The position numbers and the translations under genes were made by a program. Under the pieces are notes generated by a model. The model saw only the letters and a list, made by a program, of their open reading frames with translations. It had not been told where the DNA came from and searched no databases. This document shows positions 1 to 12,255 of a stretch of 64,000 nt of DNA, in pieces. This DNA comes from Octopus sinensis (Eukaryota). Location of the stretch: positions 21,638,001-21,702,000 of the forward strand of contig NC_043006.1 of NCBI RefSeq assembly GCF_006345805.1. The letters run 5' to 3'. Position 1 is the stretch's first letter. Each line of letters starts with the position of its first letter.

Positions 1-267
1 TGGTGTAATCTGTTTTCAGCGTAATATCATTGCTATTAATATATTTTATTAATGACTTTCATGTAAATTTACAACAGTAGATATATTCCAATAAACTTTC
101 GTCCATTTTAAAATAAGAATCAATGACGTCCAATGTGTAGAATTTGCTATAGAGGCCCCACAATAACCTGCGTGGACACGCTTCTCTGAATCATTCAAGT
201 AAATTGAACCATAAAATTATTGTGAAAATTTGGAAAATATTTCGTGTAAACAGTTCAATCAGCAAAA

Positions 268-837
268 TATTGGCTTGTCAGAAAAGTTCATGCCGATTTT
301 TAAAGGATAGAAAACGGTCAATAAATACATGCCATTAAATTTTTAATCAACCAAATATGAACCATTTTGTTGCACAATGCGTCTCCATCTTTCCTTTACC
401 TTGAAAATACCCTCTTCCCAGAATTGAGTTGGTTTCATGGCAAAGAATTCATCAAGGTATCTTTTTACGACATCTAAGGAATTTTAATTTTTACCATTAA
501 GACTATTCTGCAGAGACCTGAATAAGTGGACATCCGAAGGAGCAATATCTGGTGAATATGGAGGGTGGGGTAACACATCCCAGCCGAGCTGCAGCAATTT
601 TTGTTTGGTTCCCAAAGCATCAAGTGCCGAAAATGAACTTTCTTATCTTCCTTTTTAAAGGGTTATAAAATTAACACAGGTTATAGGAACATAAAGCTTC
701 TTCCACGAAATGATAGCTTAAACTTTGCTCTAAATGGAGGTGTAGTCAAATCCTATTTTATGGACTCAACCATGTTCTAAAATAATTCTAAAGGTAAGCT
801 ACTATAAATCGGCACGAACTTTCCGGACAACCCTATA
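268..837 (-). mobile_element. Internally deleted mariner DNA transposon
   Basis: Imperfect TIRs TATTGGCTTGTCAGAAAAGTTCATGCCG (268) and the reverse complement of TATAGGGTTGTCCGGAAAGTTCGTGCCG (ending 837). Minus strand reads EDKKVHFRHLMLW joined directly to TKQKLLQLGWDVLPHPPYSPDIAPSDVHLFRSLQNSLNGK, the mariner YSPDLAPSD motif region. Confidence 0.9.
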
Positions 838-1064
838 GCACAATTATCTGATTCACTTGTACGTATAGCGTCATTGGTAACAACGGTGATATTGAGATTA
901 ACCGCGGCTGTGTTCCGGAGATGGTACACTATCCGGTCTTCTAATGCCATCAGCTTACACATAAAGATCCGGTTCTATATAATAGCATAGTTCTATCATC
1001 AGTTTTCTATATTAGTGAGACACAAAAAAGCACCGTGAAATAGGTAGAAAGCTAGATATTTTCC

Positions 1065-1320
1065 ATCAAAGATGCTTGAGAAGTATTCTGAAAATGTACG
1101 GACGAGAACACGTAACCAACGAAGAAGTTCTAAAGAGAGCCAACATAAGACCGCATTGCGAACTCATCAGAGAACGAATATTGAAACCAGTGGGTCATAT
1201 ACTTCGGTTACCAGAGCAACGTCATTCTAAAACTGCTTTCCAAAGAACACCACCAGAGGAAAAAGAAAGAGAAACAGAACACTATTTGGTGCAGAACCGA
1301 TATGACAAATAGAGAATGCC
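1065..1320 (+). mobile_element. RTE-clade LINE C-terminal fragment
   Basis: ORF 1076-1312 (EHVTNEEVLKRA...RERILKPVGHILRLPEQRHSKTAF) resembles the post-RT C-terminus of RTE-type ORFs. Confidence 0.7.
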
Positions 1321-1327
1321 AAATGAG

Positions 1328-1727
1328 TTCCCTATGGATACCGTATTTATTACAACGAGTGGCTTGTAAACGTATCTAACGAGCGAAAGCGAGTCAGATA
1401 CGTTTACAAACCACGAATTGTAATAAATACGGTATCCATAGGGAATGAGTTTGGTATTTTATTTATTACACACGAATAAACGACCATATTTTATTCACCC
1501 AATAACTAAATTCTTCACGTTTAGTTGTAACTTATGAATGACAAAAGTAGTGCCGTCACCGTGACCTCGGGTCATCACCATGTATTGACCAATCAGAAGC
1601 AGCACTGTCACCGTGACCTCGGGTCATCACCATGGATTGACCAATCAGAAGCAGCGCTCGCAGTATCTGACATATGTTAGATACCAAAAATATCTCAAAG
1701 TGTTCTCACTCACATGTGTGTAATAAA
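1328..1727. mobile_element. Palindromic non-autonomous element: hairpin, short inverted repeat and internal tandem duplication
   Basis: 28-bp perfect arms 1328-1355/1418-1445 and 14-bp inner arms. 12-bp inverted repeat TTTATTACACAC at 1462/1716. 52-bp tandem duplication at 1555-1658. Confidence 0.6.
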
Positions 1728-2147
1728 GTTCAATATCTCATGGGCCTATGTAGAGACACCACAAACAACAGAAGCCAGTGGCATCGACTAGCCAGCTGCT
1801 GAATGAGCCTGGGAGCACAGTAGGAACTGATACTGAAGCAGTTCAGACAATCTTAACATATAATACGATATTTACACTATGTTCATCAGCATAGCCTTTA
1901 ATTTATGAATACCTAAATGTATTCAACGTAAACCCTCTCACAATAGCTAGTATTAAGAGCTGGTTATTTCAACACAATAACTGATGAGATTCTTTTGTTA
2001 TAGGAACAGGTTCAGGTAAGACTTTGCGGTTAAGAGGTCTCCTTTCTAACCATGTGGTTTCGTGTTCAGTCCCAGTACGCGTGAGGGGGAATTTGATAGA
2101 CAGAAACTGTTTGGAAACCTGTCGAACATCTATTTATCTACATATCA

Positions 2148-2158
2148 ATATATATATA

Positions 2159-2243
<85 letters not shown>
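2148..2243. repeat. (TA)n microsatellite
   Basis: Near-perfect TA run. Confidence 0.95.
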
Positions 2244-2244
<1 letters not shown>

Positions 2245-2246
<2 letters not shown>

Positions 2247-2519
2247 AGGCGCAATGGTCCAGTGGTTAGGGCAGCGGTTTCGATTCCCAGACCGGGTGTT
2301 GTGAATGTTTATTGACCGAAAACACCTAAAGCTCCACGAGGCTCCGGCAGGGCGTGGTGGCGATCCCTGTTGAACTCTTTCGCCACAATTTTCTCTCACT
2401 CTTTCTTCTGCTGGCCTGCTCGCTTAGCTAGCGGGGTGGCGTCATTTGAAGGCTAAAACAATGCGAAGCGCATTGTGACCAGCGATGTGTAGCAACATCT
2501 GATAGCCTGGTCGGTCACG

Positions 2520-2524
<5 letters not shown>
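2245..2524 (+). mobile_element. tRNA-head SINE, family A, tail type 1
   Basis: Head GGAGGCGCAATGG..AGTGGTTAGGGCAGCGG with B-box-like GGTTTCGATTCCC. Body shared with 5557 and 17023. Small deletion in the head. Confidence 0.9.
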
Positions 2525-2565
<41 letters not shown>

Positions 2566-2744
2566 TGTTTGACTGGAAAGAGAGACACGTATGGATATAT
2601 TTAATTTTTCTCAAACCTCCATTAGAAGGCATATGCGTCATCGTGTTTTAGAAGTAGTGGCTATAATCATAAGCACTAAGTGTGATGTTACATTCGTAGG
2701 ACAAGGATTACTGAAGTCTTATGGGATTACATGTAAATATTAAT

Positions 2745-2957
2745 TTCAAATTTTGGTACAAAGCCAGCAGTTTAGTGGGGATGGGGTAAGTCGATTACAT
2801 CGATCCCAGTGCTCAATCGCTACATATTTTATCGACTCCAAAAAGACGTAAGGCAAAGTCGGCCTTGGTGGGAATCTAAACTCAAGAAGTAAAGACGGAC
2901 GAAATGTCGCTAAGCATGTTGTCCGGCGTGCTAACGATACTTCCGGCTAACCGCCTT
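2745..2957 (-). mobile_element. Diverged SINE, family D
   Basis: Homology to the full copies at 18722 and 27963 (AAGGCAAAGTCG..., TAAGTCGATTACATCGA). Confidence 0.75.
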
Positions 2958-3018
2958 ATTACTAGTAAATATTGACATTTTATTATCAATAATAATTTTT
3001 AGTATTGTACTTACTACA

Positions 3019-3450
3019 CAGGAGTGGCTGTGTGGTAAGTAGCTTGTCTACCAACCGCATGGTTCCGTGTACAGTCCCACTGCCTGGCACCTTGGGTAAG
3101 TGTCTTCTACTATAGCCTCAGGCCGACCAAAGCCTTGTGAGTGGATTTGGTAGACGGAAACTGAAAGAAGCCCGTCGTATATGTATATATATATATATTA
3201 TATATATATATATATATATATGCGTGTGTGTGTGTTTGTGTGTCTGTGTTTGTCCCCTAGCATTGCTTGACAACCGATGCTGGTGTGTTTATGTCCCCGT
3301 CACCTAGCGGTTCGGCAAAACAGATCGATAGAATAAGTACTGGGCTTACAATAGAATAAGTCCCGGGGTCGAGTTGCTCGATTAAAGGCGGTGCTCCAGC
3401 TTGGCCGCAGTCAAAGGACTGAAACAAGTAAAAGAGTAAAAGAGTAGAGT
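3019..3450 (+). mobile_element. SINE, family B (internal TA/GT microsatellite, AAAAGAGT tail)
   Basis: Head CAGGAGTGGCTGTGTGGTAAG...GGTTC, motif CCTTGGG(C/T)AAGTGTCTTCT, tail GACTGAAACAAGTAAAAGAG. Many copies in the window. Confidence 0.9.
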
Positions 3451-5556
3451 AAATAAGTATTTGTGTACTCAGCTAATTATCAATGATTATATTTGTTTGC
3501 GAGGAAATCCACTTAGTCAGTATTTTGTTCTAATTCTGTTTGAAATATTATTAGTGAAGAATCATTATTAATATCGAATGTATTCTGAGAAGAAAATATG
3601 AAGAATTGTTAAAGACTTGACAAGGTTCCAATATATTCCGCAACAAACTGTTATTTTTGGATACATTTAGCAGATGAGTGTAATTTTTCGGGTGGACCTC
3701 TGGATAGTTTTCCGGGCATTTTTTATTCCATTTTGGGATTTTTATCCTAATATGTTACAAACTATTATTTATATCTGTATTTGCTTCGAGATAAACATCT
3801 TATTTTAGATATTTCAAGAGAGTAACTTTTGCATTAATATATTTCAAGAGAGTAACTTTTGCATTAATATATTTAAATTTGGCAAAGCAAAATTTCTCAA
3901 AATTATGGAATAAATTTAGAATAATAACATACCATCTAATAACCACAATTCAGTTAGATCGTTGGCTCAAGGCGCATGAAGTATTAAACGACTGCAATAT
4001 CGTTTAATTCTCCAATTCCAAACCAAGTAACCTGAAAAACAGATTTGTTTCACTCTGAACAGAAATTTCTTCCGATTTATGTATATTAAACTTATGTAGT
4101 CTTTGAACAAACTTAAGCAGATTTACGTCGTTTACATTTCTGGTATATCTGCCGTTTACAATATTCGCTCTGATACACCGTAACATCTTCATGTCCATCA
4201 ATTATGACACCTGTGTCATTTTGGAAAATTGCTAGTGATACAAATTAACCCAACAGAATGGATTTCTCTTATCCCTGCAAATCAAATGATATATTAGTAA
4301 TTTGTGTCATCAATCTTTATAGTAAATATACATATACTAGAACAATTTTTGATACGGTAGGATTCACGCATGTTCTGTGATATGAACAACTAAAGTATCA
4401 ACGACGTAGGTTATTAAGATATACTTATACAGAGTTATGTTTGTATGTTTAATATACATAGTCACGCTATGAAAGAGGAAGCAGTAGTTAAACTGTATCG
4501 CTTTTGTAAGTTGCAAATGAGGATCGAACCTATTAGTTTCGTATTTTATTAAAGAGACAGCAGACATCGCTTACCTCTGATTTCCAAACAGGTGAAAGAA
4601 TATAACTAAATAAGAGTATGGTGTTTTGCTCAAAATTTGAATTTTGTTATATAGTTGATGACAACTAAGTATTAATAACTTTACTATTAATACAGGAAAG
4701 TTATAAATATTTATAAATTAGCAACCTTTATGTAAATATATAAAAGCAGCCAAGCGGCAGGGTCGGTAAAGCGTTGTGTAGAAAGTCGTCCGGGGATCGT
4801 TCCGGTTGTTTTCTGCGCTCTGAATTCAAATTAGGCCGAAATTAACTCTTCTTTTCATCCTATTGGATCGCTATATGTAAATATCAGCACTCTAATTGGA
4901 TCACTTACTTTCTCTCTCTCACCCCCCTCTCTCTCTCACTCTTTCTCTCTCTGTAATCAGAGAAGTCAGCTGTGGACAGACCTGCAAAAGGATGGGCTTC
5001 ACTAAGTCTTAAAATGCCCAGTAAATGTCACGTGTCACTAGGATGTCTCTACAATTCCATTAGGAGATGAAGAGTCCAAAGCAAGGGGGAAAAAATACAG
5101 CCTTGAAGGGATTTTTTTAGTCGAGCAAACCTACCCCAGAACTTTTCTAAGCCTAGTATTTATTCTATCGTTCGATTTTGCCGAACCACTAAATTACGGG
5201 GACGTAAACTTACCAGCAACGGTTGTCAAGCGGAGGTAGGAGACAAACGCACACAAAAATACACACGCATGCATATCTATATATAAAAACGTACCTAAGA
5301 GATACCACTATGCTTGAAATACCAGTCAAAACCTGACTCTAAAACCACATCAGCTATTCAATACAGCATAAAGTGAAAAGACAAAGAGACACATAAACTA
5401 GTAAAAAATTGAATAATTCCACACCTTAATGGTCCTGGCTTCGTATAAAAATATACTTTGCCCTCCTCAATGGAATATCCCAAGAATTGTACATAATTAC
5501 ATATATATATACACATAAATATACGGAGACTTATGTATACGCACGCATACATACAT

Positions 5557-5866
5557 GGAGGCGCAATTGCCCAGTGGTTAGGGCAGCGGACTCATGGTCA
5601 TAGGATCGCGGTTTCGATTCGCAGACCGGGCGTTGTAAGTGTTTATTGAACGAAAACACCTAAACCTCCACGAGGCTCCGGCAGGGGATGGTGGCGATCC
5701 CTGCTGTACTCTTTCGCCGCAACTTTCTCTCACTCTTTCTTCTGTTGGCCTGCTCGCTTAGCCAGCGAGGTGGCGTCATTTGGAGGCTAAAACAATGCGA
5801 AGGGCATTGTGACTAGCGATGTGTAGCAACATCTGATAGCCTGGTCGGTTACGGTGATCACGGTGA
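5557..5866 (+). mobile_element. SINE, family A, tail type 1
   Basis: Full-length homolog of 2245 and 17023. Confidence 0.9.
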
Positions 5867-6166
5867 CATGCATATATATGTACATATATGCAAGACAAAT
5901 GCAATTGTCCGTCTAACCATCATGTGCTTTATGGTCAAAATACCACTGAAGTGAATATAATGCCGATTATCCAATTTTTTACTAGTTTGTTTGTGTCTGT
6001 CATTTCACTTTATACTGTATTGAATACATGATGTGGCATTAGAGTCAGGTTTTGACTGCTTTTCAATCATGGTAGTATCTCTTAGATATCCTTATTTATA
6101 ATATTAATAATAATTATAACCTATAAGTTTTTTCTTTCCATACTACCAATTGTTATCCTTATATAT

Positions 6167-6199
<33 letters not shown>

Positions 6200-6595
6200 C
6201 CTTCTCCTTATATATGTATATATATACATTTTATATACTTTATGCTCAATTTTATAGACTTAATACACAGCACTCATAAAATAAATATTCACTCTTATTT
6301 TTCCATTTTCCCCATAAACAAAAACAAAACAAAAATTTCCATACATACAACCTTTAATTAAATTGCATATATCTGACACGTAAATAAGCGTGAATATTTT
6401 ACGGAATTACACTTGTGCGCATGCGTTAAGTGATATGTGTATAAAAACCATAGTTCAATTACAAAAATACACTTTTCCCTATCCAGTAGTAAACAAACAA
6501 ACAAACTATCTTAAAAGAACGCTATAACTAATTAATGATCCATATATCTCGTTGGCTAATTAATATCTTACAAAAACCGCATAGTTAAGAACTAA

Positions 6596-6645
<50 letters not shown>

Positions 6646-6660
6646 ATATATATATATATA

Positions 6661-7591
6661 TATATAGTAAATATAATTAAAAGGGCAGGCAACAGGTTGC
6701 TCCGCCGCATACCGAAGGAATTAGAAATGGCAGTCAAAGACTGTTTATTTCCATTTTCTACAAGTGGAGGTTCCATATACGACAAACCCTGCGATTCACA
6801 TACGCAAAATCGGAGTAGTAAATAAACGAAAACAATCTCTTACCGTTAATGGTGAACATGTTTCTAGATCGTAGGCTAGAAATTGCCTAATTTCTTTCGA
6901 CAACACCATATTCGATAGATTTATCAAATGCCACCAGCCTCCACCTCTGACCAGGCGACATCAGATAGTTGAGGAAGTGTACAAATGTTAAAACTAAGTA
7001 AACGACTGGGACCGTAAATTTTCCCTCCAAAATTCTGCTATGCGCACCACCGGGGTGATCGCAATGGAGTAAGAAATCCACATGGTAATATAATAAAAAG
7101 GGTAAATAATTTTTCCGTGGTTTTTTAGAAAACCAACAAATATTTACCGGTAAATTTCGGTATGTAAATATGACTTTTAGCATCAGGAACTTCTGTAGAG
7201 TTCAGTATATATAGTAAATATAATAAAGGGCAGGCAACAGGTTGCTCCGCCGCATACCGGAGGAATTAGAAATGGCAGTCAAAGACTGTTTATTTCCATC
7301 TACTACAAGTGGAGGTTCCATATACGACAAACCCTGCGATTCACATACGCAAAATCGGAGTAGTAAATAAATGAAAACAATCTCTTACCGTTAATGGTGA
7401 ACATGTTTCTAGATCGTAGGCTAGAAATTGCCTAATTTCTTTCGTCAACACCATATTCGATAGATTTATCAAATGCCACCAGCCTCCACCTCTGACCAGG
7501 CGACATCAGATAGTGGGGGGAAGTGTGCAAATGTTAAAACTAAGTAAACGACTGGGACCGTAAATTTTCCCTCCAAAATTATGCTATGCGC
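6661..7591. repeat. Direct duplication of about 385 bp (6661-7046 / 7207-7591)
   Basis: Both copies start TATAGTAAATATAAT..AAAGGGCAGGCAACAGG and are nearly identical up to CCCTCCAAAATT.TGCTATGCGC. Confidence 0.9.
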
Positions 7592-7745
7592 GCCAGGCTT
7601 TAGTCGGCCTGGAGCCATGATACAAGATATTTGCCTAAGGTGCCACGCATTGGGACTGAACCCACAACCACGCCTTCGTCATTTGTTTAATATCTATGGA
7701 TATATTCAGAGTATCGAGGCACAATGGCCCAGTGTATGTGTGTGT

Positions 7746-7894
7746 GGAGGCGCAATGGCCCAGTCGTTAGGGCAGTGGACTCGCGGTCATAGGTTCGCGG
7801 TTTCGATTCCCAGACCGTGCGTTGTGAGTGTTTATTGAGCGAAAACACCTAAAGCTCCACGAGGCTCCGGCAGGGGGTGGTGGCGATCCCTGCT
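7746..7894 (+). mobile_element. 3'-truncated SINE, family A
   Basis: Head and first half of the body of family A. Confidence 0.85.
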
Positions 7895-8354
7895 AGAGAG
7901 GAGGAGAGTTAAAAATATAATCTTAGCTGAAGGGTATTGTTCTGATGGTGATGTTAAAGAAAGGCAGAGAGAGAGAGAGATGATCATGGTGGTGGTGGTG
8001 GTGGTGATTGGATAGGGAAAAGTGTATTTTTTGAAATTGAACTAAGGTTTTTATACATTTATCACTTAACGCATGCGCACAAGTGTAATTCCGTTAAATA
8101 TTCACGCTTATTTACGTGTCAGATATATGCAATTTAATTAAAGGTTGTATGTATGGGATTTTTTGTTTTGTTTTTGTTTATGGGGAAAATGGAAAAATAA
8201 GAGAGAATATTTATTTGATGAGTGCTGTGTATTAAGTCTATAAAATTGCGCATAAAGTATCTAAAATGTATATATAAAGTTCCTTAAGTAATCATCGTAT
8301 TCCAATTTCTTTCGCTTTCAATGAGTCGCAGATGAGCGACTATCTTTTGATATA

Positions 8355-8539
8355 TATTTCTTTACTACCCACAAGTGGCTAAACACAGACGGGACAAACA
8401 AGGACAGACAAACGGATTAAGTCGATTATATCGACCCCAGTGTGTAACTGGTACTTAATTTATCGACCCCGAAAGGATGAAAGGCAAAGTCGACCTCGGC
8501 GGAATTTGAACTCGGAACGTGACGACAGACGAAATACAG
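8355..8539 (-). mobile_element. 5'-truncated SINE, family D, with 15-bp TSD
   Basis: Flanked by CTATCTTTTGATATA at 8340-8354 and 8540-8554. Confidence 0.9.
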
Positions 8540-9237
8540 CTATCTTTTGATATAGGCACAGCAACACAGGCTACGCTTTCAGGTTTTCTGGATACAGTTT
8601 TTAGAAATTACTCGATAGGTTTAACATAAATTCCGTGAAATATTAACGGATCTTGTGACCATCTTTGGGGAAAAGCAAATTAATAAATCATATTCCATGA
8701 TATCTTTACTTATCGCCTAAATAACTAATAGAGTTTTAAAAGGTGTTTTAGAGTATATTCGGAATTGATTGACCCCCATAGTTCCGTTCTGAATACACTT
8801 TGCGGTACTTCATCTTTCGTAGAATATTCTGACAAATATAGTCAAAATTATCTGATATTATTTTTAGACTGAACGTGTTGGGAATCTTTAAAGAGGCATT
8901 TCGTGGATAGCTCCAACTTTTCCATTGTGCCACGTGAGTTTTAATCAGATAGCGCATAAAATATAAATGAATTAATAATGTCCTACAAGACGTCTTGAGG
9001 TATCCATTTAGTAGAGACGTTAAAACAACGGGAAGACAACTTTGCGGTGATAGTTCCGTGTTTCGATTCTTTAAGCTCAAATCCTTTCGAGATCGGTTTT
9101 TTCTTTGATCTTTTGATCGAAAAAAAACTGACAAATTCTGTCCTGTGGTCAATTCTCTTATTGCAGCCACTCTTACTTTCTATTTGTCTGCCATTCCCTC
9201 TTCTGGGAGGGATCAGTTGCGGTGAAGCTGCTGAGCT

Positions 9238-9530
9238 GAGACCCCCTTCGGTCATGACACAGACCATGGGATTGCACCTAGAAAGTTACCCTCCGAGGCA
9301 CAAGTGTGGGCAAGGTCGTTTATCGAAGACCAGCAGTCGCCAATGCATACCGGCCTCCCCTCTCCACGCCACTGATGTTATCCAAGGGAAAGGCAAAGTG
9401 GCTGATACAGCTTGACGAGTGAACTGAGTGTCCTGCTCAAGAACACAACACGCAGCCCGGTCCGGGATTCGAACTCACAACCACACGATTGTAAGCTCGA
9501 CGCTCTAACCACTGAGCCATGCGCCTTCAC
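9238..9530 (-). mobile_element. tRNA-head SINE, family C, tail type 3
   Basis: Minus strand GTGAAGGCGCATGGCTCAGTGGTTAGAGCG...GTTCGAATCCC head. Tail ending TCATGACCGAAGGGGGTCTC is shared with 24380-24628. Confidence 0.85.
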
Positions 9531-10400
9531 TATGCGCGGTCAAGCTATTCCAAGCCTAAAAATGCAGAAGACACCGCATGACTCTATCAAGATTGTATTT
9601 ATTGTTTCAAACCGAACAGTTACTGAACATTAGTTATCTACAGAGGTAAGAAAGGTACATTGGCGAGTAATTTTTTACGAATCTTTCAAAACTTTATATT
9701 GCTTAACAGAGTTGGTTTATAGAGGTTATTAATGATATCAAAATTAATACAAATAATTTTGCTTTCCAATAATGATCTGTGGTTATTGGAAACTAATCTA
9801 CATATCTGACAATACTTTCCGCTATGGCAACTTAAATTTTCTTGTTTTCTTACATTTATTGAATTTTTAATGTGCTACGTTTCAGCTAATTTCGATATCC
9901 GATCACCATCTTCGAGTAATCGAGACTCGCATATAACCAGTTGAAAACCAGTCCATATCTAACTAGACTGGTTTTCAACTTAAAATCATTATTTCCCTAA
10001 GTAGTTAAGAAATGTATAAACTATAACAGAATTAATGACTCTCTGAGAGAGCATCTGTCAAAAATTTAATCTAATAGCCAGTTAATCACACAAATGCTGA
10101 GATTAATAGGCCGTTAGATTTAACATAGAATTATTTACTTGAGCAAAATTCTTCTAAATTCTACAAGTTAACGTTCTATTTCGTATTTATTTGTACTTTT
10201 ACTGAATTTCTCTTTCAAATTCTCTTTTAAGTGGTGATCAAAAGTACATTTCGCCGCAGGTATTTGTAACTATTTGATTTACGAATATTCTAATTCTAAA
10301 TTAATTATGATTCACGAAACTTCACTGATTTTATTGCTTTCTGATTCATATAGATCAAAGTGATAAATGGAGAAGTTGTTATACTCTCTTCATCATCCAA

Positions 10401-10584
10401 CTCTTTTACTCTTTTTACTCTTTTACTTGTTTCAGTCGTTTGACTGTGGCCATGCTGGAGCACGGTCTCTTTTGCCAGACCGCTAAGCTACGGGGACGTA
10501 AACACATCGGAATCGGTTGTGAAGCGATGTTGGGGGACAAACACAGACACACAAACGTACACACACACACACACAACACACACA

Positions 10585-10660
<76 letters not shown>

Positions 10661-10812
10661 TATATACGACGGGCTTCTTTCAGTTTCCGTCTACCAAATC
10701 CACTCACAAGGCTATAGTAGAAGACACTTGCCCAAGGTGCCACGCAGTGGGACTGAACCCGGAACCATGTTGTTGGTAAGCAAGCTACTTACCACACAGC
10801 CACTCCTACGCC
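10401..10812 (-). mobile_element. SINE, family B, with internal deletions
   Basis: Reverse complement of family B head, body and tail; expanded CA/TA microsatellite inside. Confidence 0.9.
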
Positions 10813-11186
10813 TATATTCAGCTATGTTAACCATTTTAATAGTAAATGCACATGTTCTCCAATGCGAAAAATATAATCATTTACGATACGTTTATGATAT
10901 CTACAACAGCACTTCAACAGGAATTTATCTCTGTGTCTTCTAGAGCATCTACATTAGTTGTTCTAGGGGACAACGTTCAAGTACAACTAAAATCGACAGT
11001 CGTAGTTGTTATGATAGCTTTTTAGTGTGCTATTCGCAAGACGGTAAATTGCATTCAGTACATTCTGTTAAACGGTTGGTGAGAGGAGGAGCATCCGGCT
11101 GTAGGAACCACCCCAAAACTGAAATGTAGGAGCGAGACATGGTCCGCCGATTCGACAAAGAAAGTTATAACTATGAATAAGAACAT

Positions 11187-11262
<76 letters not shown>
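11187..11262. repeat. (CA)n microsatellite
   Basis: Long CA run. Confidence 0.95.
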
Positions 11263-11265
<3 letters not shown>

Positions 11266-11651
11266 TAAACACGTATGCAAAACAAGGTGGAAAAATAGTA
11301 CTCGAATACCAAAGGTACAGTAATATGGTTTTATCAGAGCTGCAAAATTATCACAAAACTGTTACTCAGAGTATTCATCACAACTGTCCGATGACGAACA
11401 GAAACGTGAAACTCTGAGTATCAGTTTTGAGATGACCTTACAGCTTTAATGAAAGTATGTATATATATATATATAACAAAGTGGAGTTGTGGGGTACCGC
11501 ATGAGTGGAATTATATACGAAAGAAGGTTTGAAAATGCAATTTAAAAGATGTTTATTTACTTTACCGGTTTCACTCTTTGGAAAAAGATTGTCAAAAGTA
11601 ACATGTAGAAGTTTGGTTGCGTTAATTATTGGTTGTTACAAATTGCTACAT

Positions 11652-12255
11652 TACATATATACAGTCTTTGGTAACAGGGACATGTTAAGGACATAAAAAA
11701 GTTCAACAAGTTCCTTAAAATATTGGGCACAAAAGATTACTACATAAATAATCGTTCTCAAGGACATGCTTAAGATAGTTTCCAGAAGGAATTGATATTG
11801 GTATTGGTGTTGTATCTGTATATTCAAACATGCACAGAATATTGGTTGACACAGAGTACTACAATCCATTTAAATATACATTCTTTGGTGACAAGAGCAT
11901 GTTGAGAATATAAAAAAGTTTAACAAGCTCATTGAAATAATGGGCACAAAAGATTACTACATAAATAATCGTTCTCAAGGACATGCTTAAGATAGTTTCC
12001 AGAAGGAATTGATATTGGTATTGGTGTTGTATCTGTATATTCAAACATGCACAGAATATTGGTTGACACAGAGTACTACAATCCATTTAAATATACATTC
12101 TTTGGTGACAAGAGCATGTTGAGAATATAAAAAAGTTTAACAAGCTCATTGAAATAATGGGCACAAAAGATTACAACAAATATATTATACATTCTCAAGA
12201 TAATTTCCAGAAGGAATTATTTAAAAAGTTCAGTATACACGTACAGAATATTATG
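11652..12255. repeat. Tandem repeat, 217-bp period, about 2.7 units
   Basis: ACAATCCATT recurs with the CAT at 11867 and 12084. The ORF track shows near-identical translations at 11651 and 11859. Confidence 0.9.

Larger units (their letters stand above)
6219..8276. repeat. About 266-bp inverted repeat pair (6219-6484 / 8010-8276)
   Basis: CTTTTCCCTATCC...TATAGACTT region is the reverse complement of GGATAGGGAAAAG...AAGTCTATA, with few mismatches. Confidence 0.85.

Noticed and set aside
2009-2035. GGAACAGGTTCAGGTAAGACTTTG translates as GTGSGKTL (Walker A / DEAD-box motif I) behind an AG acceptor-like site
   Set aside because: It aligns with the decayed head of a family B SINE, and no helicase-like sequence follows.
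7120-7200. CTGATGC...GAAATTTACCGGTAAATA on the minus strand resembles a hammerhead with a palindromic helix III
   Set aside because: The core lacks A9, and helices I and II do not pair.
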